The translations under genes and the position numbers were made by a program. DNA of 63,490 bases, counting the filler, from Squatina squatina (lineage: Eukaryota), in assembly GCA_031763465.1 (NCBI GenBank). It is 4 parts of 4 records of this genome, joined end to end, with 100 filler letters (N's around TTAATTAATTAA, not from the genome) between each part and the next. Parts side by side here need not be neighbours in the genome. Positions count along the whole stretch, not along the records: positions 31,803 to 47,251 come from JARFOE010000162.1; positions 47,352 to 63,490 come from JARFOE010000194.1; 2 more parts are not named here. One strand, 5' to 3'. Below the pieces are notes generated by a model that saw only the letters and a list, made by a program, of their open reading frames with translations, was not told where the DNA came from and made no database searches. This document shows positions 37,539 through 49,699 of the stretch, one piece after another (the stretch's first letter is position 1; every line of letters begins with the position of its first letter).

Positions 37539-39629
37539 GTGATGTATCAGTTCTATGGGCTCGCTTTCAGACCTTTCCTGGGACACGTCCTACAGAACCA
37601 CATGGTATCAGCTGCAGTTAGTTGTCATTTGTACTTACTTTCACTGCAGTTAATTACCACATTACAAGGCACCAATGTATGACTAATGTTTCATGAATTA
37701 ACAGTGTTCTATTTAGTTGTACATTAGAAATTATTATGGCTCGTCTAACAAATCTAGGGCAGTGTGAACTGAGTCAAAGTCCAATTCAAATTGTTTAGAC
37801 TTGACTGAAATAGAGCCTACTCTTTGGAAATAATAATATCAAATCTCATATCTGCAGCTAAGTGTTGAGTTATCGTTGAGGAGTGCACTTTATGGTAGGT
37901 AGCCAAGTAGTAGTCATGGATCGGGAAAGTTAGATGAGAATGAGTGAGGGATTCTGAGGAGCAATGCGATATTGCAAAGGAAAGAATTGGAGATGAAAGT
38001 TCCGAGTAGGTGATTCAGTTCTAATCTGAGTGAGACAACCTTGAGACCACACCCTCAACAGGGAGAGATTGTCTTTTGTTCAGCGTTTATGTAGTTTATA
38101 GTATTGTGGCTTTGTGTTATAACTAACACTCCATATAATTATATATACCCAAAGATTGCACTGGTTCAAGCATGTTTGCAAACAGAATTATTTGGTACGT
38201 CGAGAACAAATCTAACAAGATCCTTTTAAATATCATTGCCTTTGCATGCACATGCATTGTGCGTTCTTTTCAAACGAAATCAAATGTCAGAGATCTCCAG
38301 AACATCGGATTAAATTTCTGTGGAGGTTCTCCCGACCTATGGCCGTAACCTTGTCAGAACCATGGAGAAACAAAATAAATGGCAAAAATGGGCGTTTATG
38401 CCGCCACTTCAGGGTTTCCATTGAAGTTATGACAGTAAACTATGAGAAACCCTGTGGAAATCCTTTCCCTATAACTTTAGAGCTTACTACTTTCTAGCGA
38501 GACCATGAAAATGTTACAGCGACACAGCAGTTCAAAACAGATTACAGCCTCTTTCTCTATCATTACAGTGATTCAGACTCCTTCTGCTTGCCTTTATTTA
38601 CACTTCACATAGATAACATAACAGCTAACCCTACATCCCCCTTTCTAAGAAGTATTACCATATATTTCAGATACTCGGTCGTAAATTTTAAAGGAATTTT
38701 TAATAGGATTTTGGTTTCACCAATGTATGCATGTTTCCCTGAATCAATACAAACAGCAGTATTCCCACATTTATCCTCAGTCCAGTTTTTTTTTTACAAA
38801 AAGTATCATTTCAAGTAGGTAAATGACTTGTACCAAAATGCCAATTAACTTTGTAGTAGTGTTTTATATAGAGATCTTGTCCTAACAATTCCGCCTTCGC
38901 ATTCCTTAGAATTACAAAGTAGTTTTTGATTCAGATTTTTGTCTTCATTGTTTTGATTAGTTATAGGGGCATTTTTTGTCTGCTTAACCCCCATTCACAT
39001 TGAAAATGACGGCTGGGGAGGACAAGAGATCAGAGGGACATAAAACACTGCTGGTGAGAGATATGAGATGGGATCTGAGAGGAATGGGGGATGAACAGTG
39101 ATGGAATGGGGCAGTGAGAACTTGAGGGGATTGTACAACGGGGAATGCGTCGGGGATGAGAGTGAGGAGTGTATGGGAAATGGAGGGAGTAGTGGGAGGA
39201 GCACTTTGGACGTGGTCGTGGAAGTGATAGGAGTACAGGGATGTAATGAAGTGAGAGGAATGGGCCAATGCAGGAGTTGGTGTGAAGGAAACCACCAAGG
39301 TGTGTAAACTGTATTTTTACCACACCTGCCACTGGAAAATGAAACCTGTAGCTCTCCTTCTCACCACACCACCCGCTTCCTGTCACAAAAAATGAAACAA
39401 AAGAACAACAAATTGGGAGTAAAAAGAAAGAACACAAAGAAAGAATCAGAAAAGAGAAATGCAAAGCTAAGCAGAAGAGAAAGAGAGACAGAAGGAGAAG
39501 AGAAGAAAAACAGCAGCATGAACACGATAGAGATAGGTAAGAGAGAGAGATCATAACATCTGATTTACACTAAGAAGTGCCACGCGAGATCTAGTATTAT
39601 TAAACTTGATGCTGCACTCTTTATGTAGA

Positions 39630-39980
39630 GTTATATGGAGCCTACAGCACAGAAACAGTCCATTCGGCCCAACTGGTTTATCCCGCTGTTTATATTCCAC
39701 ACGAGCCTCCTCCCATCCATTTCATCTAACTCTCTAACAACATATCCTTCTATTTCTTTCTCCCTTATGTGCTTATCTAGCTTCCCCTTAAAAGCATCTG
39801 TGCAATTCAACTCAACTAATCCTTGTGGTAGTGAGTTCCACATTCTTACCACTCTGCGTAAAGAAGTTGCTCCTGAATTCCCTATTGAATTTGTTGGTGA
39901 CTATCCTATAGTTTTCGTCTTCCCCCATAAGTGGCTTCTCTACATCTATCTTATCAAACCGCTTAATAATTTTGAAGACT
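39630..39980 (-). mobile_element. CR1 3' end
   Basis: VRMWNSLPQGLVE...FKGKLDKH followed by the 3' UTR stem motif. Confidence 0.8.
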
Positions 39981-39984
39981 AATA

Positions 39985-40219
39985 CAAAAGCAAAATACTG
40001 CGGATGCTGGAAATCTGAAATGTAAACAGAAAATGCTGGAAATCCTCAGCAGGTCTGGCAGCATCTGTGGAGAGAGAAATAGAGTTAACATTTCAGATCG
40101 ATGAAATGGTCATCGATCAACTGGCCAGCCAGTTCAGATGAAGGGTCATCGACTAGAAACGTTAAATCTGTTTCTCTCTCCACAGATGCTGAGTATTTCC
40201 AGCATTTTCTGCTTTTATT
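39985..40219. repeat. Palindromic element, probably Penelope-derived
   Basis: CAGAAAATGCTGGAAAT...CAGCATCTGTGGAGAGAGAAA is mirrored by TTTCTCTCTCCACAGATGCTG...ATTTCCAGCATTTTCTG. Another end fragment lies at 58510-58562. Confidence 0.7.
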
Positions 40220-40256
40220 GCTGATTTTCTGTTTTCCGTTTATCTTTCATGTACTA

Positions 40257-40562
40257 TGGGGCCGAAATTGATTCGCGCCACGTTGGGGCGCTCACGGGGC
40301 AGGAGCTGACATTTCTCGCGCCAACACCACCCCTCCCCCCACGGAATTCATCAATCCGGGGTGCCTGCAAGTCGTAGCATGCTCCCGGAAGCAACTGGGA
40401 TGGCTGCCTTCTACGTCGCTGGCGTGGCCTGAGCGCCACACCAGCGACATCAGAAGTGACGCATCAGCGCTTTGACGTCAGCGCATAGCGCATTGATGCC
40501 AGTGCACAGCGCGCGGTCATCAGCAGCACTCTCAGGCCTCCCTTAAAGGGGAGGACTGCCAG
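40257..40562. mobile_element. Harbinger-type MITE, left arm
   Basis: GGGGCCGAAATTG terminus, CpG-rich, cut by a gap. Confidence 0.55.
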
Positions 40563-40662
40563 NNNNNNNNNNNNNNNNNNNNNNNNNNNNNNNNNNNNNN
40601 NNNNNNNNNNNNNNNNNNNNNNNNNNNNNNNNNNNNNNNNNNNNNNNNNNNNNNNNNNNNNN

Positions 40663-41080
40663 ACAACATCGTGGGCCGAAGGGCCTGTTATGTGCTGTAT
40701 GTTCTATGTTCTATGATCAAAAGCTTTATGAAAGTCCAAGTAGACAATGTCTACCAGGTTTCCTGCATCCACTATCCTGATGACTTCTTCAAAAAAATAC
40801 AATCAAATTGGTAAGACACGACCTTTTTCAGTTGCCGTGTTGGGTGTCCCTGATGTGGCCTGCCCTGTCTAAGTGCTCATACAGTTCATCCCGATTGATT
40901 CCCTCAGGCATCTTACCCAGTACTGATGTCAAGCTATGGGCCTGTAGTTACCCGGTTCTGCCTTTTCCCACTTTTTAAAGATTGGAACTATGTTAGCCAC
41001 CTTCCAGTCTAAGGGAACAGTCGTTGACTCCAGTGAGCTATTGAAGATACAGGCAAAGCACTCACCTGGCACCTGTCCCA
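40663..41080 (-). mobile_element. CR1 tail (+, 40663-40714) abutting an older CR1 RT fragment (-)
   Basis: GGGCCGAAGGGCCTG...TTCTATGTTCTATG on the plus strand. VPLDWKVANIVPIFKK..K..PGNYRPI on the minus strand. Confidence 0.8.
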
Positions 41081-41436
41081 TCTCCGTATATATAACTAGA
41101 TTGTAACTTTTTCTGGACTTTATCTCACCCTGTACCAACAACAATCTCTTACTTTTAAAGCATGCTGAAAATGTTAATATGCTAATAGCCAGCACACTTG
41201 CAGTGTCAAATAGTAATTTGGCATATTGTTTCATACTATCACAAAGTTAGTTGATGCTTTGAGCAGTAATGTTTAAATTCTTCTCAGCTTATGACTGTAG
41301 TTGATTTAAGTCTGAGAGAAAATCGTGTTTGTGTCAGGTAAATGTGGATATATTCAAATTAAGAATGCATGTGACACATCTACGAACTCTGCTGACTGAT
41401 TATTAACAAGATCTTTCTTCATACTTTTATTTGCAG

Positions 41437-41934
41437 TAGACACAGTAGCAGATGTTAAACAGGACACTGGAACCTTCACATCACAGAAGACAATAGAGAT
41501 GAGCTCCAATACTAATGCAGAGGAAAAAGAACTTGAGAAGTCTGCCAAGGCAGTTTCTAAATCTATATTTTCCATGTCTTTTTCTCGCTCTGTACCAGGG
41601 CGTTCTGATGGCTCCTCTGCAGAGCCAATATCAGGAACGGCTAAGCTCCAAACCAATCAAGAGAGCGTCTCAGTGAACACAGCATCAGTTGATAAAGTGA
41701 ATCTTCAACAATCCTCCCCACAAAAGGGAAGCTCCGCTCAAAAGCAACAGCAGCTCTCTACTGAATCGTCGGATACAGCAGAACACTCCGAAAAAGAAAC
41801 AGAACAACCAAAGCAAAAAGAAGTAAGCTTTTTTGACAAACTGTTCAAACAGGGAGATAAGGGCAAACTACAAAATGAGAACCAGGGAGATCTGAAGACT
41901 GCTGGAAGTCAGGACCCAGCTGCTGCTGATCAAG
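41437..41934 (+). CDS. BCAS1: Breast carcinoma-amplified sequence 1 (BCAS1), large internal exon (3' boundary uncertain)
   Basis: ttttatttgcag| acceptor. The frame contains SKSIFSMSFSRSVPGR and KQKEVSFFDKLFK, matching recalled BCAS1 blocks (KSRFFLMLSRPVPGR; KPKDSSFFDKFFK). The donor AAG|gttata is weak. Confidence 0.8.
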
Positions 41935-44900
41935 GTTATACAGATAACACCATCAAAATGTCCCAGCTTCTTGTCATTACACACCTCATCTACTCTTNNN
42001 NNNNNNNNNNNNNNNNNNNNNNNNNNNNNNNNNNNNNNNNNNNNNNNNNNNNNNNNNNNNNNNNNNNNNNNNNNNNNNNNNNNNNNNNNNNNNNNNNGGG
42101 AGAATGGAGCCTCTGATTCCAAAGCGAAGATGCTTGGCCTATGACCTTGGAGCAGACAGGGAATGGGAACTCTCATTAGGGGCTTGTTCCATCTGTCATT
42201 TAGGTGTCCTGCGGTCACAGTTTTCAAGATGATGGTAACTGTAGTTCTCCTTTGTACACCTGTTAAAAGTTTCAGGTCTGCCTTAGATATTCTCTCAGGT
42301 TCAGCAAAACTGCAGGACTGTAAATTAAACCAGCAACTGTTGTGGTTCCCTACAAGCTATCTCCTACTGTTCTCAGAATGTATGAGACTATGTTGATGTA
42401 ATAGGTGGAACTTTCAATTTACATTGACGTCAGTGGAAAGGAAAATCGGGTGAGCTGTTTATACCCCTGCCAAAGTGGAAAGTTCTGGCAAATAAGTCTT
42501 GGCTAAATATATTGACTCTCTTCATCTCAGTTTGAAGTGGTATGTGAGTAGCAACAGTCCACAACCTGGTCCATCCAGTTATATATCACCCTTCCTCCTC
42601 CATCCCCTGCCTGTTATGGTAACTTTAATCCCTTGATTTAACTTCGAGGTTAACATTTTTAATACTATCAAATCCTTTCCATGGCTTATTCAGAAATCCC
42701 AAACTATAACAACTCCATTAGATGAATTCTGCCCAGTTTCTGGAATTTCAAAGAGTCGGCAGAAGAACATTGCAAACATTATAGACATAAAAAAAATGTT
42801 TTTAAGATGAATGAATTGCTTGGGCAGATACAGTGCAGTATGGTAGCAGTTGTACGGGGAGTTCAGAATCATGTGCTTCATGTGCTAGCTTCAGCTAATG
42901 TTCATATTAGAAGTTTCCACCAGCTGTTCTTGACCAAGTCATCAATTGCAACATGAAGCTCTGGCAGAAGGATAGGAAATCTTCTGAAGTTCCATCTTGG
43001 GTTGCACTATCGAACTCTCACTAGCTGCCCAGGGGAAAAAAATATATAAATTTATTTTCCAAAGGCAATAAGCAGCTGCTTTATTGGATATGAAGTGTAT
43101 TAAAAATAAACCAACATAACTATTGTGGAAAGAATGAAGCCTTTTTAATTAATCCCACATCTTATCCCTTCTCAGCTCAAGTTTAAGTTCTCAATAAGGG
43201 TGAGAGCAATTTGTGCAAATCCCACATTGGTCATGTACTTTACTGTTAAGTTGTTTATGAAGTTAGCTGTTTCAAGTGCAGCTGGTTGTGATCCCAATGA
43301 TGTGAGTGCGTTGCCAAAGTGACAGTAAAAGCAGACTGCCTTCCTTTATACAGCTCTTGCTCAGCAAGGTGTCTTGTTCTACAGCAGACTGCATGTTTTT
43401 TTCTTTTAATTACATGCAGTAACTGTTGGGAAAGATTAAATCGACGCCACAGAGATTGCTAGATCTTTTGTGGGAAGTTATCTCCCAGATCAGCGGCGAG
43501 TGCCATCACTTCGCCACTGACTGAAAAATCTGGGCCAATATCTTATCTTCCATTTGAAATGCTGTTGTGGAAGCAACTATCTGGGTGATAGTGATAGGCA
43601 GGAGTACTGGAGTGAGTGTGAGCCAGGAGCAAATGGTTGGAAAAGATGCTGCTGTAAACAGTCACCACATATTTGACCTGCTTTTAATTGTTTTTTTAAA
43701 TTTAATTCTTTGCGATNNNNNNNNNNNNNNNNNNNNNNNNNNNNNNNNNNNNNNNNNNNNNNNNNNNNNNNNNNNNNNNNNNNNNNNNNNNNNNNNNNNN
43801 NNNNNNNNNNNNNNNNNNNNNNNNNNNNNNNNNNNNNNNNNNNNNNNNNNNNNNNNNNNNNNNNNNNNNNNNNNNNNNNNNNNNNNNNNNNNNNNNNNNN
43901 NNNNNNNNNNNNNNNNNNNNNNNNNNNNNNNNNNNNNNNNNNNNNNNNNNNNNNNNNNNNNNNNNNNNNNNNNNNNNNNNNNNNNNNNNNNNNNNNNNNN
44001 NNNNNNNNNNNNNNNNNNNNNNNNNNNNNNNNNNNNNNNNNNNNNNNNNNNNNNNNNNNNNNNNNNNNNNNNNNNNNNNNNNNNNNNNNNNNNNNNNNNN
44101 NNNNNNNNNNNNNNNNNNNNNNNNNNNNNNNNNNNNNNNNNNNNNNNNNNNNNNNNNNNNNNNNNNNNNNNNNNNNNNNNNNNNNNNNNNNNNNNNNNNN
44201 NNNNNNNNNNNNNNNNNNNNNNNNNNNNNNNNNNNNNNNNNNNNNNNNNNNNNNNNNNNNNNNNNNNNNNNNNNNNNNNNNNNNNNNNNNNNNNNNNNNN
44301 NNNNNNNNNNNNNNNNNNNNNNNNNNNNNNNNNNNNNNNNNNNNNNNNNNNNNNNNNNNNNNNATCTTAAGACCATGGCAGTAAAGAAAGCCAAAATATA
44401 TACAGCGTTCATAACCAATAAACACTATTGTTTACAGAATTCCTTGTCTGTCAAGGTTTTTCTTTTGAGGTCTGCATTGTATCTCATACAATCATGAAAG
44501 TTATCCCTGGAGAGGTCAATTTTCATGCAAGAATGAGTAGGGAATCAAGTAGGGTTTACATTTGCCAAGTTACTGTCAAAAGCTTTCAGAAATATTGGAT
44601 TTGTAGTAATAGGTTGCCAACATAACCAGGGTACAATACTTTTTTTGAGGTTTAATTTAGATGACCGCATTAGTATCTACATGCATTTTAAGCAAGAACC
44701 AACAAGTACAGGATTTTGTCCTCAAACAAACCTTTACTCAGAAGTGTCAGGAAGAGATACCCCAATGAATTAAAACTGTTTGCAACAAAATTATTGTTTT
44801 GAAATATTGTGCCCATTTAAGAAATAATGAAGACATCAGTAAACAAAAACTGGGAAGGGAGGTGTGAAATAAATAGTGATCATTTTTAGAATGCTTTGTA

Positions 44901-45499
44901 TAATAAAATGTCTGTTGGTTCAGTCAGAAAAGCTTTGTGTTAATCCTAGCACTGGCATTCTCCATTATACTGCAAGTTCTTTTNNNNNNNNNNNNNNNNN
45001 NNNNNNNNNNNNNNNNNNNNNNNNNNNNNNNNNNNNNNNNNNNNNNNNNNNNNNNNNNNNNNNNNNNNNNNNNNNNNNNNNNNTCCCACAGGTTGGGAGA
45101 GAATGCTGGGGGAAAATTACATGGAGCCACTCTTGCAATCCTCCTGCTGCCCAATTTAAGAGCACCATTACCAGAGACCGGGAACCCGCCTGCAGAAACC
45201 CTGCACTGCACAGAGCCCATTAAAATTGGCCAGAATAGAAAATTACACATCACAGGGACAGAGACTGAGCCTTGCCCTCACTGCAAATACAATGAAAAGT
45301 TGAAATGTGAATAAGATAAAGCGAATTGATAATTTTCGTAAATTCAATTATAAACAAATGTTTCAGTGGCTTAGAAATCCTTTCAAACAATTTTTACTAG
45401 TGTATAGCAATTGTAATTAATTTCCACAATTCCAAATAATCACTGTGTTGGGGTTATCCACGTGCAATTAATAAACATATTTTTAAATTTTCATTATAG

Positions 45500-45562
45500 G
45501 TGACACCAACAAAATCTTCTTCCAAGACAGAGCTTGGCCCACAGCAGGCATCAGATGACAAG
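45500..45562 (+). CDS. BCAS1: Probable small BCAS1 exon, 63 bp (phase 0-0)
   Basis: tttcattatag| acceptor and AAG|gtaaac donor. Encodes VTPTKSSSKTELGPQQASDDK, a composition typical of BCAS1. Confidence 0.6.
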
Positions 45563-46714
45563 GTAAACCTCTTAATGTCTCCCCTTCTCCTTTATGGTCT
45601 CTTTATACCANNNNNNNNNNNNNNNNNNNNNNNNNNNNNNNNNNNNNNNNNNNNNNNNNNNNNNNNNNNNNNNNNNNNNNNNNNNNNNNNNNNNNNNNNN
45701 NNNNNNNNNNTTCTCTGGCTACGATCAGATAAGAATGGAGCCAAACTCCAGCAAGGAGTCAACACCTTCAGGACAGAAAGGAAAGGAGGCATATTTACTG
45801 TTGCTTATCAATATAACAATAATATAATTTAAAATGCCAAAGAACTTTTCTGAATTCAAAAAGATCCTTTGTATAAACTATAAAGTTGTAAGCTGGTAAT
45901 TTTTCCAATTGCTGTTGTGGTTAGCATTTTTTTTTAATTGTATTGAGGAATGATCCAGGATAAGGTTGTACCATGGCCTTTCCCTCAAGTACTGATAGAA
46001 AGTTACAACCATGGCTAATTTTTAAAAAATATTTCTGAGTGCATTTGTTTCTCAATAGAGAAAGCACCAGTCAGTGCCAACACCTGTTATTTTTTCACTT
46101 ACACTTGGCTCTGGCCCCCCTCTTACTCATTGCTTTCAGTGGAGAAATCAGAGCTACTGAGAGCCATAGCTAAGCAAAGATGTGGAATAGTAACAAAAGT
46201 AGCAGCCCAATTGACAGGGCAACTACTGCTTCGTTATCTTTTTATTTGGTAAATTTACATTAAATTACTTAAATAAAATTATGGGTATATTTTGCCCATA
46301 AATACATTAGAAGGTCATTTACCTGGAGTAGTCCTTAATGTCTACTTAGAAAATTTTATTTTTGTGCCCTTTCAGTAAACACAAGAAATATCTTGCATCA
46401 CAACTACTATATTATTCGTATCTAACAATCGTGGCTTTATTTTGTGCAGTGAGGTCACCTTTCAACCAGTAATTTTACAGGCAAAAGATGTGTTGGCACC
46501 ACTTTACTCTCAGTGCCTGACATCATCAATATTAATATAAAGAATCTTTGTAGCTAATTCTGTGGCTGAAGAAGCAACGAGGGTCCATCTATGTGTGATG
46601 TCACTCCTTATCTGTAGACATTGCAGCTCCAGACTATGCTAGCATTTTATTTTGATCAAAATAGCAAGAGGCGTTGCATTGTCTGAGATAGGGGAAAGAT
46701 AGCAAAGATAGTAA

Positions 46715-46920
46715 GATTAATAAAGCCATAAGCAAGCAAACCAAGCACTGGGGTTTATTTCTAGGGGGATAGAATTAAAAAGTAGAGATGATACGTTAAA
46801 CTTGTATTGAACCTTGGTTAGACTATACTTGGAGTACTGTGCACAGTTCTGGTTTCCATATTAGAAAAAGGATATACAGGCACTGGAGAAGGTGCAGAAA
46901 GGATTTCCAAGGTTGATACG
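46715..46920 (+). mobile_element. CR1 ORF2 C-terminal fragment
   Basis: LVRL-LEYCAQFWFP..KKDIQALEKVQK pattern. Confidence 0.75.
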
Positions 46921-47251
46921 GTTTACGCAAATAAGTGAGGTCTCCGCCAGACATCTGCCAAGGTTGTGGCGACAGAGCAGGAGAAGCTATGATAAAATTC
47001 GCCCCCACCATTTCATAAAGCAAGAGACCCCTTTACTTCAATGCAAAGTGTGTTTTTAAAAAAAAAGCCAAAAAAATAACATTCCTGCAGTCTCCTCAGG
47101 GTTAATCAAGCTCTTAAATATAACAGGTGAAAACGAACCAATGACAAGTTGTCTTGGCAGGACAAGAAGTGTAAAATTTTGAGATATTCGAGCCAGGACC
47201 GCAGAGACCGGATTGAGTTTGTTATGCAATCTACATCTGTCAGCGAATTAC

Positions 47252-47351
47252 NNNNNNNNNNNNNNNNNNNNNNNNNNNNNNNNNNNNNNNNNNNNTTAAT
47301 TAATTAANNNNNNNNNNNNNNNNNNNNNNNNNNNNNNNNNNNNNNNNNNNN
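47252..47351. other. Artificial scaffold spacer N44-TTAATTAATTAA-N44
   Basis: Same construct as 17240-17339. Confidence 0.97.
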
Positions 47352-47828
47352 GCAGCTGAATAAAATGGTTAATTTTATTTTTAAAAAGCCCATCAATATA
47401 ATTTGATGCTAAGAAATATCCTTCATCGGTGAAGTAGTTCAGCCTACCAGCACGTAAATTGCTGTGAAACCAACCATCAGCTAGAACCAATTATCTCATC
47501 TCAAGTAAATAAACTTCAAGAAAAATAAGTACTTATCTATCTAATTTTGCATGTGATCATAATAAGACATACCTTTTTGGCATAACTGCATAATAGTATG
47601 TTGGATCTTCAGTAGATTGTTTTAATAAAGACAGCAGAATGATTTTAACTTTTTATTTTAAATCACCAATTCATACAGTGTCATGCAAAATAAGACCATA
47701 CAAAGATTTACAAGAATGTCAGGAAACCAATCTCCAAAAACCATGCCATGTAATAGAACTGTACAACACACTAGGACACAACTTTTAAAAAATCTGCAGT
47801 TATCTTACATTTTTTTTATTGTAAAGGA

Positions 47829-47931
47829 TCATATTCTCTCAAACACATGTTTTTGATGCTCAGCCAGCTGATATTTGGTCAAGTTCACAGCGAAGAAGGT
47901 CCCGTCATCCAGCAAGTCAATCCAAGGTACC
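47829..47931 (-). CDS. Unidentified gene B, candidate terminal coding exon
   Basis: ctctag| acceptor. Encodes VPWIDLLDDGTFFAVNLTKYQLAEHQKHVFERI-stop, followed by AT-rich UTR-like sequence. Confidence 0.35.
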
Positions 47932-49333
47932 CTAGAGCCTAAATTAATCACTGTCAACANNNNNNNNNNNNNNNNNNNNNNNNNNNNNNNNNNNNNNNNN
48001 NNNNNNNNNNNNNNNNNNNNNNNNNNNNNNNNNNNNNNNNNNNNNNNNNNNNNNNNNNNCAGCTACTTTCGTAAAAATGTTACTGGTCGGAGGCTTCCAC
48101 CCACAGGAAGCCTCTGACCGCAGTTTTAGGGCCTGTGTGTTTTTTGAAAAATAAATCCAGCTATAATCTTCAATATTTTCTTTACATTCCCCTCTGTAGC
48201 AACTAGTATAAATACCACATGGTATATCACAAAACACCAGATGAATAGTTTTTAAAACAACTTTATTTTTTGTTGCAGAGATATAAACAGCAAGCCTTTT
48301 CTAATAATATTTTCTTCTAAAAAAGGTTACATGGAATTAGTTCTGTACTATAAAATTAAGGCATTAAATATTTTGATTCAGTGCTTCCTTCATGTATTAC
48401 AAAGTTTTGTTTATTAGTGCATTAACACATCACTGAAAAATGTCCAAGGTTTAGAATTGCCACATTCGAGTATAATTGCATTTCTTCCAAACTCACTTTA
48501 CACAGTGAAGAAATTAGCATGTTATGTCACTACTTCTGATTACTTGGCATGCTTTGCAGGATAAATGTGAAATCACAGCTGGTTGTAATACTCAGTATCA
48601 GAAAGCTTTAGTGCACGTTAATATTGAATCAGAACTTAATACAAAAATATAGTAATGCATACACCCGTTACTCAAGAGTCAGTGTCATCCTCCCAAAACT
48701 TCAGTATTTACATAATATCTAAATAAGCCAGGCCACAGATAGAATAGTGACATTACCACTATCACCAGCAACACACTTCTTCATAAAATGCAGATTGAGG
48801 CATGTATGGGAGTTGAATGCGATGGCATCAATGCTCAGTTAAGAAAGTTTTAGTGGCATATTTACAGCTAGGTTTTCCTCCCCATTGCCCTCGAGGACGC
48901 ACCTAAGTTCAGTGATTAATTGGAACCTCAAACAGAAATTTACTTTTTTTTAAAAANNNNNNNNNNAGCTAATCAACTATTTTTCTCAGTTACTAACTAA
49001 AGCAATACAATCCACACAAGATGAAGTACACCGATCCTATCCTTAACTATTTGCATGGGAGCGAAGAAACACTGCAGCAGCATCAGGTTCTCAGCTCGGA
49101 CAGTTTTTTTTTTACTGCATTTGAAGCTAGGCCCAGATAATATCTTTAGTTTCTAGTGCTACTCAATGTTTTAAGTTGAGAGGACATTTAACAAATTACA
49201 TACAGGGTTTTATTTCATACAAATACTGAAGGTAAAAGCCAATATAGGATCATATCCATGTGCAGTTTTAATTGCTGTTTCCTGAGCTATTCAACAATAA
49301 TGGCACTTTTGGTTGAAGTGTATTACTGCACAC

Positions 49334-49465
49334 CTGAAACCATCCACACTTCATGAAGATTTTCACTTTTTCATATATTGAATGTTCTGAAAACAAGTTC
49401 ATTACAAGAGCTTTATGTCCACGATGAGCTTCATTAAAAGCATAACAACACTTCTGATTGAGTTC
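49334..49465 (-). CDS. Unidentified gene B, candidate exon, 132 bp
   Basis: ttgttttcag| acceptor and CAG|gtgtgc donor. Encodes ELNQKCCYAFNEAHRGHKALVMNLFSEHSIYEKVKIFMKCGWFQ. Confidence 0.3.
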
Positions 49466-49699
49466 CTGAAAACAATTAAACCTGTGAAATTGCTCATCCC
49501 AAAACACATCAATCGGTGATTTTAATTTTAAAATTGTGGAGGAGAGCTGTCATGGAGGTTGGGAAAAGTGGGACAAAATTGGATGGTAGAGAAAGGGGCA
49601 AATTATCCTGGTTTACAGCTGCAACTGTTCCCATTCCTCTTTGCACGTTTAGCTGTGCCTCTAAGCGTTTGTTTTACTGTCGCAACCAGCAGGACTCAT

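Noticed and set aside
39030-39554. 174-aa hydrophobic ORF
   Set aside because: It is the translation of the complement of purine-rich low-complexity sequence.
43567-44425. Long ORFs of 224-282 aa
   Set aside because: Almost entirely X residues from an N gap.
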